From positions 70,222 through 134,221 of the forward strand of contig JAAYDA010000048.1 in NCBI GenBank assembly GCA_012729505.1: a DNA stretch of 64,000 nt, read 5' to 3'. Positions 37,681-45,736 of the stretch are shown piece by piece. Position 1 is the first letter of the stretch; every line of letters begins with the position of its first letter. A program made the translations under genes and the position numbers. The notes beneath the pieces were generated by a model that saw only the letters and a list, made by a program, of their open reading frames with translations, was not told where the DNA came from and did not search any database. The stretch is from Syntrophomonadaceae bacterium (GTDB taxonomy: Bacteria; Bacillota; Syntrophomonadia; Syntrophomonadales; DTU052).

Positions 37681-39018
37681 TTAGAAAGGCAGTTTAAAAC
37701 CGCCCTTTTTGCCCTTTTTAACAGCCATTTCTGTCAATTGCTTCATCATACGGCGAGTCTCGTCAAATTGCTTCAGCAATCGGTTGACTTCCTGCACCCT
37801 GGTGCCACTGCCCCGGGCAATCCTTTTCTTGCGACTGCCGTTTAAAATAGCCGGGTCCCGCCTTTCCTGGAGTGTCATAGATTTAATAATAGCTTCAACA
37901 TGAGCGATTTCCTTCTCATCAATTTCCGGTTTCACACCCTTTAATTGCTTGCCCATCCCTGGAATCATCCCGGCCAATTGATCTAAGGGCCCCATTGACT
38001 TAACCTGCTGAAGCTGTTCCAGAAAATCATCCAGAGTATACTCCTGATCACGGATTTTCCGTTCTAACTCCTTGGCTTTCTTTTCATCGAAGGATGCCTG
38101 GGCTTTTTCCACCAGAGTAAGGACATCACCCATCCCCAGTATTCTTGAAGCCATGCGATCAGGGTAAAAAGGCTCCAAGGCATCTAACTTCTCACCGGTT
38201 CCGGTAAATTTAATCGGACAACCTGTTACTGCTTTGACTGACAAGGCTGCCCCGCCGCGGGTATCCCCATCCAGCTTGGTTAAGATCACCCCGGTCAGCC
38301 CCAGGTCCTGGTGAAATGATTCCGCTACATTTACTGCGTCCTGACCGGTCATAGAATCTACCACCAATAGTTTTTCATGAGGCTCCACCTCAGTGCTTAT
38401 ATCCTTTAGCTCCTGCATCAATTCCTCATTAACATGCAGTCTGCCGGCAGTATCGATAATCATAATATCCCGGTTTTGATTGCGGGCATATTCCCGCGCC
38501 CCGCGGACAATACTAACCGGATTTTCCTGTCCCATGGAAAAGACCGGAACTCCTACCTGTTCACCCACAACTTGAATCTGCTTTATGGCCGCGGGACGAT
38601 AGACATCACCCGCTACCAGCATAGGCCTGCGTCCCTGTGATAAGTAATACTGAGCTATCTTTCCACAGGTTGTAGTCTTACCGGCCCCTTGAAGACCAAC
38701 CATCATAATTATCGTCGGAGGCTTGGAACTCAGCACTACTTTGGTCTGATTGCCTCCCATCAGTTCGGTCAGTTCCTCGTAGACGATCTTAACCACCTGC
38801 TGGCCCGGAGTCAGACTGTTCATTACGTCCTGGCCAATAGCTCTCTCCTTGACTTTAGCCACAAAGCCCTTGACAACTTTGAAATTAACGTCAGCTTCCA
38901 ATAGGGCCAGGCGGACTTCGCGCATCACATCATTGACATCATCCTCGGTCAGCTTACCCTTGCCCTTGAGGCGTCGGAAGGTTTCCTGCAACCGAGTGGC
39001 CAATCCCTCAAAAACCAT
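37681..39018 (-). CDS. ffh: signal recognition particle protein Ffh
   Basis: MVFEGLATRLQETF N-domain, GLQGAGKTTT, DTAGR, TKLDGD, and a Met-rich M domain. ATG 39018 follows AAAGGAG (ORF-track TTG at 39027). Confidence 0.95.
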   Translation of the reverse strand: MVFEGLATRLQETFRRLKGKGKLTEDDVNDVMREVRLALLEADVNFKVVKGFVAKVKERAIGQDVMNSLTPGQQVVKIVYEELTELMGGNQTKVVLSSKPPTIIMMVGLQGAGKTTTCGKIAQYYLSQGRRPMLVAGDVYRPAAIKQIQVVGEQVGVPVFSMGQENPVSIVRGAREYARNQNRDIMIIDTAGRLHVNEELMQELKDISTEVEPHEKLLVVDSMTGQDAVNVAESFHQDLGLTGVILTKLDGDTRGGAALSVKAVTGCPIKFTGTGEKLDALEPFYPDRMASRILGMGDVLTLVEKAQASFDEKKAKELERKIRDQEYTLDDFLEQLQQVKSMGPLDQLAGMIPGMGKQLKGVKPEIDEKEIAHVEAIIKSMTLQERRDPAILNGSRKKRIARGSGTRVQEVNRLLKQFDETRRMMKQLTEMAVKKGKKGGFKLPF

Positions 39019-39385
39019 TCCCGTCAACTCCTTTCGGAATGCTGTCTGTATTCAGTACCTGGGCTAATCTATCCGCAGCCTGGGCAATTAAGTCTGTATT
39101 ATTATGGTCCGGCCGGCTCAAGATAAGGTAAGCTTCCTCAATTTTCTTCCTGTCCTCTTGAAATCTGTGAACCAGCATTAATTTTTCTTCATATCTTTCC
39201 AGGGCCTGTTCAGTTCTTTTTAATAAATCAAAGACCCCTTGACGAGTAATAGCCATTTGCTGAGCCACTTCCGAAAGACCAAGGTCGGCCTCATAGTGAA
39301 GCTCAAAAACTTGCTTCTGGCGCTCGGTCAAAAGAGGGCCATAAAAATCAAACAGGATTACCAGCTTATCCAGCTTCTCCAGCAA
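39008..39385 (-). CDS. ylxM: YlxM (UPF0122) putative HTH protein of the ffh operon
   Basis: LFDFYGPLLTERQKQVFELHYEADLGLSEVAQQMAITRQGVFDLLKRTEQAL is the UPF0122 signature. TTG 39385 follows AGAGGTGA by 5 nt (ORF-track GTG at 39394). Confidence 0.85.
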   Translation of the reverse strand: MLEKLDKLVILFDFYGPLLTERQKQVFELHYEADLGLSEVAQQMAITRQGVFDLLKRTEQALERYEEKLMLVHRFQEDRKKIEEAYLILSRPDHNNTDLIAQAADRLAQVLNTDSIPKGVDGNGF

Positions 39386-39425
39386 ATTTATCACCTCTTG
39401 TAAAGCACTAATACTTTACAATAGG

Positions 39426-39454
39426 ATTTTACAGGTCACCAACCCAAAAGTCAA
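39426..39454 (-). promoter_or_regulatory. sigma-A-type promoter for ylxM-ffh (TTGACT-N17-TAAAAT)
   Basis: Read on the minus strand. 5/6 -35 and 4/6 -10 with a 17-nt spacer, about 35 nt upstream of the ylxM start. Lies between the gene and the heptad array. Confidence 0.6.
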
Positions 39455-39497
39455 GCAACTTAGAAACCTATTTGGAAGCGGCAAGCAGGGAGCCTAA

Positions 39498-39763
39498 TCT
39501 CTCGCCTTTCGCCTTCCGCTTTCCGCCTTCCGCCTTTCGCCTCTCACCTATCTCCTCTCACCTCTCACCTTACCCCTCTCGCCTTTCCCCTCTCGCCTCT
39601 CGCCTTTCCCCTCTCACCTCTCACCTTACCCCTCTCACCTATCTCCTCTCCCCTCCCGACTCCTCTCGCCTCTCGCCTCTCGCCTTTCCCCTCTCGCCTC
39701 TCGCCTCTCGCCTTTCCCCTCTCGCCTCTCGCCTTTCCCCTCTCGCCTCTCACCTATCTCCTC
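39498..39763. repeat. polypyrimidine heptad tandem array, locus B (37 heptads, consensus CTYTCRC)
   Basis: 23 in-phase 7-mers from 39499, a 3-nt slip, then 14 more. Contains nested 21/28-bp higher-order units. At most one purine per heptad on the plus strand. Confidence 0.9.
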
Positions 39764-39820
39764 AAATGTTCTATCTTTTCCTCCCCAAAGCATAAACATA
39801 TACATGAAAGGGGGAGCAGT

Positions 39821-40948
39821 ATGGGAACGCTGAGGCAATTCTATCCGGGAGGCAATACCTGTCAGGGGTTTTACTCGTTTTATCACTATATAGTCAACCC
39901 ACGGGCGACCCGTATCTTTGTTTTAAAGGGTGGCCCTGGGGTCGGGAAATCCACCTTTATGAAAAAATTCGCCCGCGAATTTGAGAAGACCGGTTTCAAT
40001 CTGGAGCTGCACTGGTGTTCATCAGATAACGACTCACTGGATGCTTTAGTACTATCCGATTATGAGATCGCTTTATTGGATGGAACCAACCCCCACATAG
40101 TTGACCCCCGGTATCCCGGAGCGGTTGATGAGATCATCAACCTGGGCGAATGCTGGAATGAAGCCCTTTTGATCCATAGCAAGCTGCCAATCATTGACTT
40201 TACTGATTCCATCGCCAGATATTTTCGTATGGCCTACTTGCGCCTCAAAGAAGCCCAGACCGTCTGGAACCAATTACACGAATACTATCTGGAATCAGTA
40301 CCCAAATCCTTCGGTTATCATATCCTCCGTCAATTAAAGCAAGAATTAGCTGATACGAAAGCTTTTCCGGCAGGAGATATGAACAGCACCCGTCATCTGT
40401 TTGCATCTGCCATTACTCCCCTGGGAGTGGCAACCCATGCGGCCAGCCTTATTCAGGATCATAGAATCTTAGCTCTGCAGGGAAATCCCGGCACCGGAAT
40501 GCATGAAATTCTTCAAGACCTTCTCCAGTGGTCGTACCAGAAGTCCATTCCTGTGGAAGTTTATCATAATTGCTTCAATCCGGATTTACTGGAAATACTG
40601 GTCTTCCCACACCACAGAATTGCAGTTGTGGATGCATCCGGCCTAGTGGTTAATTTTGAGAAAACCCTGAGCAAGGTTGCGGAAGGCCGGATTTTTGATT
40701 TCAATGGGGAGATTGATCCCGGAAGAATTATGCGTTTCAGCGGAGAAATCGAGGATGCCAAAGAAAGGTTTAATACTTCTTTGTTAGCCGCCATTGGGTT
40801 CATCAATCTGGCTAAACAGAACCATGACCAATTGGAACAGTACTTCATTCCTGCCATGAACTTTACTCAAGTTGACCAGGTATATCATACTACCCGGGAA
40901 CGGATCCTGGCCTATGTTGCCAACTCCAAAGAAAGCGGGAAGCTCTGA
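39821..40948 (+). CDS. double P-loop NTPase of unknown function (PRK06851-like)
   Basis: 375 aa. First Walker A GGPGVGKST and a second degenerate GNPGTGMH about 190 aa later. AAAGGGGGAG SD. Family name recalled from memory. Confidence 0.7.
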   Translation: MGTLRQFYPGGNTCQGFYSFYHYIVNPRATRIFVLKGGPGVGKSTFMKKFAREFEKTGFNLELHWCSSDNDSLDALVLSDYEIALLDGTNPHIVDPRYPGAVDEIINLGECWNEALLIHSKLPIIDFTDSIARYFRMAYLRLKEAQTVWNQLHEYYLESVPKSFGYHILRQLKQELADTKAFPAGDMNSTRHLFASAITPLGVATHAASLIQDHRILALQGNPGTGMHEILQDLLQWSYQKSIPVEVYHNCFNPDLLEILVFPHHRIAVVDASGLVVNFEKTLSKVAEGRIFDFNGEIDPGRIMRFSGEIEDAKERFNTSLLAAIGFINLAKQNHDQLEQYFIPAMNFTQVDQVYHTTRERILAYVANSKESGKL

Positions 40949-40955
40949 ATCCGAA

Positions 40956-41000
40956 GCGGGACTGTTATCTCCACACTTCCGTCATACCGGGCAGTCCCGC
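40956..41000. terminator. possible bidirectional terminator between convergent genes
   Basis: GCGGGACTG ... CAGTCCCGC 9-bp stem with a 27-nt loop and no clean U-tract. Confidence 0.3.
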
Positions 41001-41013
41001 CCCATGTCTTTAG

Positions 41014-42303
41014 CTATATGGAACTTATCAGCCTGTTTACGATCTGCTCAACCTGGCGGAAGACTTCTTTTTCATCAATAGTTGTTAATTGGCGCCCCTG
41101 CATAAGCACCTTTCCATTAACCAATACCGTATCCACATCAGAGGCCAATGCTGAATAGGCCAGGAGTCCTTCGGTCTGGTAGCGAGGATAAAGATGGGGT
41201 TTTTCAAAATCCACCAGAATGATGTCGGCCAGCATACCCGGTTTTAAAGTGCCGATTCCTTCCCATCGCAAAGCATGAGCACCGTTAACCGTGGCCATCT
41301 CCAAAGCTTGATAAGCCGGAATAAGCTGAGGATCCTTCCGGTTCACCTTATGCAGAAAAGAGCAACTGCGCAGCTCTTGGATCATATCCAGGTTGTTGTT
41401 GCTGGAAGCCCCATCAGTGCCAAGCCCTACAGTTATTCCTGCCTCTAGCATTTCCGGTACCCGGGCGATTCCGCTGGCCAGCTTCATATTGCTTTCGGGA
41501 TTATGGGCCACTCCTACACTATGTTGGGCTAGAATGCCAATATCATCATCGTTAAGAAACACACAGTGGGCGGCCAGAACCGGCCGCGCGAACAGACCAA
41601 CCTCCTGCAAATGGGAAACCGGGCTTTTACCATACTGTTTGAAAATATCTTCATACTCCCCCTGGGTTTCTGCAATATGAATATGAATTCCGATTCCCAG
41701 CTGCTCTGATAGATTGATGACCCTTTTAAGGTACTGGGGAGAGCAGGTATGGGGGGCATGAGGACCCAGCATTACATTGATACGCCCCTGGGCCTGCCCA
41801 TGCCAGTCGCTGAAAAGCTGCTGACTGCGGGTGAAGGCGGCTTCCCCATTGGGTCCATCTATCATTCCCTGGCAGAGGCAAGCGCGCAAACCGCTCTTTT
41901 CCACTGCCGCTGCCACCTGGTCCATGTGAAAATACATATCGGCAAAACAAGTGGTTCCTGATTTAATCATCTCAGCCGCTGCCAGCATAGTGCCCCAATA
42001 ACAATCCTCAGCCGTCAGCTTCTCTTCCATAGGCCAAATTTTCTGCTGAAGCCATTCCATTAAGGGCAGATCATCTGCATACCCGCGTAAAAGGGTCATG
42101 GCCGCATGAGTATGGGTATTTATAAGGCCCGGCATGGCTACCATGCCGCCGGCATTTATGACCTGTCGAAACCTGTTGCCATCGGGGGCCTGGCCTTCGC
42201 TGATTTCGACTATTCTGGCTCCATCAATGATAATATATCCTTTGGCAATAAAGTCCTCCGGTGCCGTCATCGGCAGTATGCTCACATCCTTGATAAGAAT
42301 CAT
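41014..42303 (-). CDS. mtaD: amidohydrolase: 5'-methylthioadenosine/S-adenosylhomocysteine (or 5'-deoxyadenosine) deaminase
   Basis: MPGLINTHTHAAMTLLRGYADDLPLMEWL and the later HxxE/ D metal ligands of the MtaD/DadD group. ATG 42303 follows GAGGAGG by 6 nt. Confidence 0.85.
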   Translation of the reverse strand: MILIKDVSILPMTAPEDFIAKGYIIIDGARIVEISEGQAPDGNRFRQVINAGGMVAMPGLINTHTHAAMTLLRGYADDLPLMEWLQQKIWPMEEKLTAEDCYWGTMLAAAEMIKSGTTCFADMYFHMDQVAAAVEKSGLRACLCQGMIDGPNGEAAFTRSQQLFSDWHGQAQGRINVMLGPHAPHTCSPQYLKRVINLSEQLGIGIHIHIAETQGEYEDIFKQYGKSPVSHLQEVGLFARPVLAAHCVFLNDDDIGILAQHSVGVAHNPESNMKLASGIARVPEMLEAGITVGLGTDGASSNNNLDMIQELRSCSFLHKVNRKDPQLIPAYQALEMATVNGAHALRWEGIGTLKPGMLADIILVDFEKPHLYPRYQTEGLLAYSALASDVDTVLVNGKVLMQGRQLTTIDEKEVFRQVEQIVNRLISSI

Positions 42304-42314
42304 ATCGCGCCTCC

Positions 42315-42962
42315 TCACTGCCCATATTTGTTAAGATAGGTGTCACGCAAAGACAAGACCTCCTTGGGAGTCAGCTCATTATAGCCCCCCAGTATCCTGG
42401 CCATAACAGCAATTTCTGCCGTCTTTTCAGCAATAACACAGGCCAGCAATGCCTCGGACAAGTCTTTGCCCACCCCAACCAACCCATGTTTGGCCAGCAT
42501 AACCGCCCCTCGCCGGCCCAGATAGTTTACTGCCGCCTCAGCCAGCTCCTGAGTTCCACAGGCCGCGTAAGGTGCCACTTCAACAGGCCCGCCGATAACC
42601 TGAGCGATTTCTTCGGTAATGGCCGGAATCGGCCGACCGGCAACCGCAAAAGATGTGGCATATACACTGTGGGTATGTACAATAGCACCCACATCGGAAC
42701 GAGCCTCATATAATGCAGCATGGAGAGGACTCTCAGTAGAAGGTTTCCACTTCCCGGCTGCCAGTTGCCCTTGCCGGTCAATAACCACCAGATCATCCGG
42801 GCCCAGGACCGAATACTCCATTCCACTGGGGGTGATCAAAATAAGCCCCTCTTCACCAGGAATCCGGCAGCTTACATTACCCCAGGTCCCCCGCACCAGG
42901 CCCTGTTCCATCATTGCCCGGGCAGTGCGGAGCGTCTCCCGGCGAAGACTGTCTTCGTTCAT
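42315..42962 (-). CDS. class II aldolase/adducin-family protein (MTRu-1-P aldolase or dehydratase type)
   Basis: GTWGNVSCRI, ILITPSG, and HTHSVYAT metal-binding motif. ATG 42962 follows GGAGGAGG by 8 nt. Located between mtnA and mtaD. Confidence 0.8.
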   Translation of the reverse strand: MNEDSLRRETLRTARAMMEQGLVRGTWGNVSCRIPGEEGLILITPSGMEYSVLGPDDLVVIDRQGQLAAGKWKPSTESPLHAALYEARSDVGAIVHTHSVYATSFAVAGRPIPAITEEIAQVIGGPVEVAPYAACGTQELAEAAVNYLGRRGAVMLAKHGLVGVGKDLSEALLACVIAEKTAEIAVMARILGGYNELTPKEVLSLRDTYLNKYGQ

Positions 42963-42988
42963 GACACGAGCCTCCTCCACATGCAGAT

Positions 42989-44026
42989 TTACCGCTTAAC
43001 GTTATTAATTTCAGCCAAGGTTTCCAGGTAAGGCCCTCGCACTATTCCTTTTTCTGTGACTATAGCTGTTATTAAATGGCTGGGAGTAACATCGAATGCC
43101 GGATTGACTACCGGAATGTCCACAGAGGTGATGCAGCACTCTCCAATTATGCGAACCTCATCAGGATCCCGCTCCTCAATAGGTATCAGACTGCCTTCCT
43201 CCATGCTAATATCAATGGATGAAACCGGTGCCGCCACATAGAAAGGTATATCATGATATCTGGCCAGTACCGCCAAGCTATATGTCCCGATTTTGTTGGC
43301 CGTATCACCATTGGCCGCAATCCTGTCAGCCCCGGTTATTACTGCATCAACTTCACCTCGTTGCATAAGGAAGCCGGCCATATTATCAGTAATAAGGGTA
43401 GCTGGGATCTCGTCCCGGGATAATTCCCAGGCCGTCAGGCGAGCACCCTGCAAAACAGGTCTGGTTTCACTCACCCAGACTTTTTGAATTTTGCCCTGAG
43501 CGAATGCGGAGCGAACTATGCCCAGAGCTGTCCCGTGGCCGCAGGTAGCTAAGGCTCCGGCATTACATATGGTCAATACCTTGGTATCGGGATGCAGCAG
43601 CCGGGCCCCCCATTCACCTATGAGCCGGTTGGTGGAAAGGTCTTCTTCCTGCATGGCCCGGGCTTCTTCTGTCAATCTGTGCCGGATGGAAGATAAATCA
43701 AGGTCCTGAACCTGATCATAAGCTTCCATCATCCGGGATACAGCCCACTGGAGATTGACTGCCGTGGGACGGGTAGCGGTTAGCTGCTGCCGGGCGGCAT
43801 TCATTATCTCCGCCAACTCAGCTGAAGGGCCACTATAGCTCATCACCGCCAAAACCAGACCCCAGGCAGCAACCACCCCAATCAATGGCGCACCTCTCAC
43901 CTGAAGGGATTTGATGGCATGAGCAACCTCATCCACGCTGGAGAGAGTCACATACTCAACCTGTCCCGGCAGTCTGGTTTGATCTAAAATTAATATTTTG
44001 TCATTCTGCCATTCAATGGTTTTCAA
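42989..44026 (-). CDS. mtnA: S-methyl-5-thioribose-1-phosphate isomerase
   Basis: LKTIEWQNDKILILDQTRLP, VRGAPLIG, TICNAGALAT, and GADRIAANGDTANKIGTY are MtnA/eIF-2B-like signatures. TTG 44026 follows AAGGTGA. Confidence 0.9.
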   Translation of the reverse strand: MKTIEWQNDKILILDQTRLPGQVEYVTLSSVDEVAHAIKSLQVRGAPLIGVVAAWGLVLAVMSYSGPSAELAEIMNAARQQLTATRPTAVNLQWAVSRMMEAYDQVQDLDLSSIRHRLTEEARAMQEEDLSTNRLIGEWGARLLHPDTKVLTICNAGALATCGHGTALGIVRSAFAQGKIQKVWVSETRPVLQGARLTAWELSRDEIPATLITDNMAGFLMQRGEVDAVITGADRIAANGDTANKIGTYSLAVLARYHDIPFYVAAPVSSIDISMEEGSLIPIEERDPDEVRIIGECCITSVDIPVVNPAFDVTPSHLITAIVTEKGIVRGPYLETLAEINNVKR

Positions 44027-44028
44027 AG

Positions 44029-44811
44029 CTACTTCACCTTGACCTCTGTGGGCACTATAGCACAATCACATTCGGCTGCGGCCGGCATGTTTGCCACGGC
44101 TCCCATAACAGTCGCCTTGATTCTATCAATATTATTTTGCATGCAATCAACTACTTCCGCATGAGTCAGTTTGCCGGAGCAAAACCCTGCGGCAAAATTG
44201 GTTACAACCGCCACGGTGCCATAACAAATTCCTAATTCCCTGGCCAGAACCGCCTCGGGGACCGTGGTCATCCCAATCACATCTCCACCCAGAGTCTTAA
44301 ACATCTTGATCTCAGCAGCAGTTTCAAAGCGCGGACCTTCGGTACATACATAAACACCCCGGTTAAAAACAGCAGCACCTGTTTCTAAAGCTGCCGAATG
44401 CAAACTTTTTCTTACTTCCGGACAATAAGGTTCAGTCACATCCACATGAATAACTCCCCCTTCCTGCCCGTCAAAAAAGGTTGGAATTCTGCTCTTGGTA
44501 AAATCAATAAATTGGTCTACAACCACAATAGCACCAGGTTTGTAATCGAAGTTCAGAGAGCCGACTGCGGCGGTAGCAATGATTCTCTTAACCCCTAACT
44601 GGCTTAAAGCCATAATATTGGCACGATAATTTATGAGATGGGGTGGAACAGAGTGGTCTCCCCCATGTCTGGGAAGAAAGGCTACCACTTTGCCCTGATA
44701 ACGTCCCAAATTGACTGAGGCCGTCCCATACTTGGTAGTAACCTCCTGACTCCGAACCTCCTCCAGCATGGCCGGGTCATATACTCCGGTTCCTCCAATA
44801 ATACCTATCAT
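44029..44811 (-). CDS. mtnP: S-methyl-5'-thioadenosine (or -inosine) phosphorylase
   Basis: MIGIIGGTGVYDP, FLPRHG..H..PP, and TEGPRFETAAE motifs. ATG 44811 follows GGAGGAGAG by 7 nt and sits 4 nt after the ftsY stop. Confidence 0.9.
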   Translation of the reverse strand: MIGIIGGTGVYDPAMLEEVRSQEVTTKYGTASVNLGRYQGKVVAFLPRHGGDHSVPPHLINYRANIMALSQLGVKRIIATAAVGSLNFDYKPGAIVVVDQFIDFTKSRIPTFFDGQEGGVIHVDVTEPYCPEVRKSLHSAALETGAAVFNRGVYVCTEGPRFETAAEIKMFKTLGGDVIGMTTVPEAVLARELGICYGTVAVVTNFAAGFCSGKLTHAEVVDCMQNNIDRIKATVMGAVANMPAAAECDCAIVPTEVKVK

Positions 44812-44815
44812 TTTT

Positions 44816-45736
44816 TTACTCTCCTCCTTCTTCGGGAAATAACGCCGCCGCAAATTCCCGGCTGGAGAAATCCTCTAGATCATCCATCTTTTCCCCAACC
44901 CCCAGCAGCTTAACCGGTATTTTCAGCTCTCTGCTCAGAGAAATTACTATGCCCCCTTTGGCTGTTCCGTCGAGTTTGGTCAGCACAATCCCCGTTACCC
45001 CGGAAGAATCCATAAAACTGCGGGCCTGACTCACTCCATTCTGTCCGGTGGTGGCATCCAATATCAAAAGTACTTCGTGGGGTCCGTTTTCCACTTCTCT
45101 GCTTATTACTCGCTTGACTTTAGCAATTTCCTCCATGAGATTCGTTTTATTATGCAATCTCCCTGCAGTATCAATAATCAAAAAATCCACATTTCGGGCC
45201 CTGGCCGCCCTGACAGCATCGAACACTACCGCTGCCGGATCAGCTCCGGCATGATGCTTAATCAAATCTACCCCGGCCCGATCTGCCCAAATCTGAAGCT
45301 GATCAATAGCTGCCGCTCTAAAAGTATCCCCTGCCGCCAGCAGAACCTTTTTCCCCTGAGATTTGTAGCGATAAGCCAGCTTGGCAATGGTAGTAGTTTT
45401 ACCCACACCATTGACACCCACAACCAAAAAAATCGTCGGTCCTTTATCCGCCAGTCGAAGACCTTCTGCATTAGTGGCCAGAATCCCTGAGATCAGATTA
45501 CGGAGACATTCTCTGACATCCTCAGGATCTGATAAGCGGTTTTCTTTGATCTGGCGCCGCAACTCCGTCACCAATTCATCAGTAGTGTTTACCCCAATAT
45601 CTGCAGAAATTAATAGCTCTTCCAGTTCCTCAAAAAAATTATCATCCAAGGTCCGCAAACTTTTAATCAATACTTCAACTTTACTGACGATATTCTGCCG
45701 GGTCTTTGCCAGGCCCTGCTTTATCTTGTTAAATAT
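44816..45736 (-). CDS. ftsY: signal recognition particle receptor FtsY (5' end anomalous)
   Basis: NG domain GVNGVGKTTT, DTAGR, TKLDGTAKGG. The ORF track starts at TTG 45670, but clear FtsY N-terminal homology (IFNKIKQGLAKTRQNIVSKVEVL) continues upstream to a stop at 45740-45742. No ATG/GTG/TTG exists in that stretch, so 45736 is an ATA codon. See findings. Confidence 0.85.
   Translation of the reverse strand: MFNKIKQGLAKTRQNIVSKVEVLIKSLRTLDDNFFEELEELLISADIGVNTTDELVTELRRQIKENRLSDPEDVRECLRNLISGILATNAEGLRLADKGPTIFLVVGVNGVGKTTTIAKLAYRYKSQGKKVLLAAGDTFRAAAIDQLQIWADRAGVDLIKHHAGADPAAVVFDAVRAARARNVDFLIIDTAGRLHNKTNLMEEIAKVKRVISREVENGPHEVLLILDATTGQNGVSQARSFMDSSGVTGIVLTKLDGTAKGGIVISLSRELKIPVKLLGVGEKMDDLEDFSSREFAAALFPEEGGE

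Noticed and set aside
28595-39763. Could the two repeat arrays be a CRISPR array or its remnants?
   Set aside because: The units are 7 nt (or 48 nt made of heptads) and directly abutting, with no unique spacers and no palindromic 25-40-nt repeats. No cas genes are in the window.
39472-39886. Three ORF-track entries across repeat locus B (39472-39795 plus strand; 39565-39753 and 39635-39886 minus strand, RGERGKARGE-type repeats)
   Set aside because: Same reasoning as locus A: both strands and several frames are open simultaneously only because of the composition. None has an RBS, and the minus-strand ones run antisense into the ATPase gene start.
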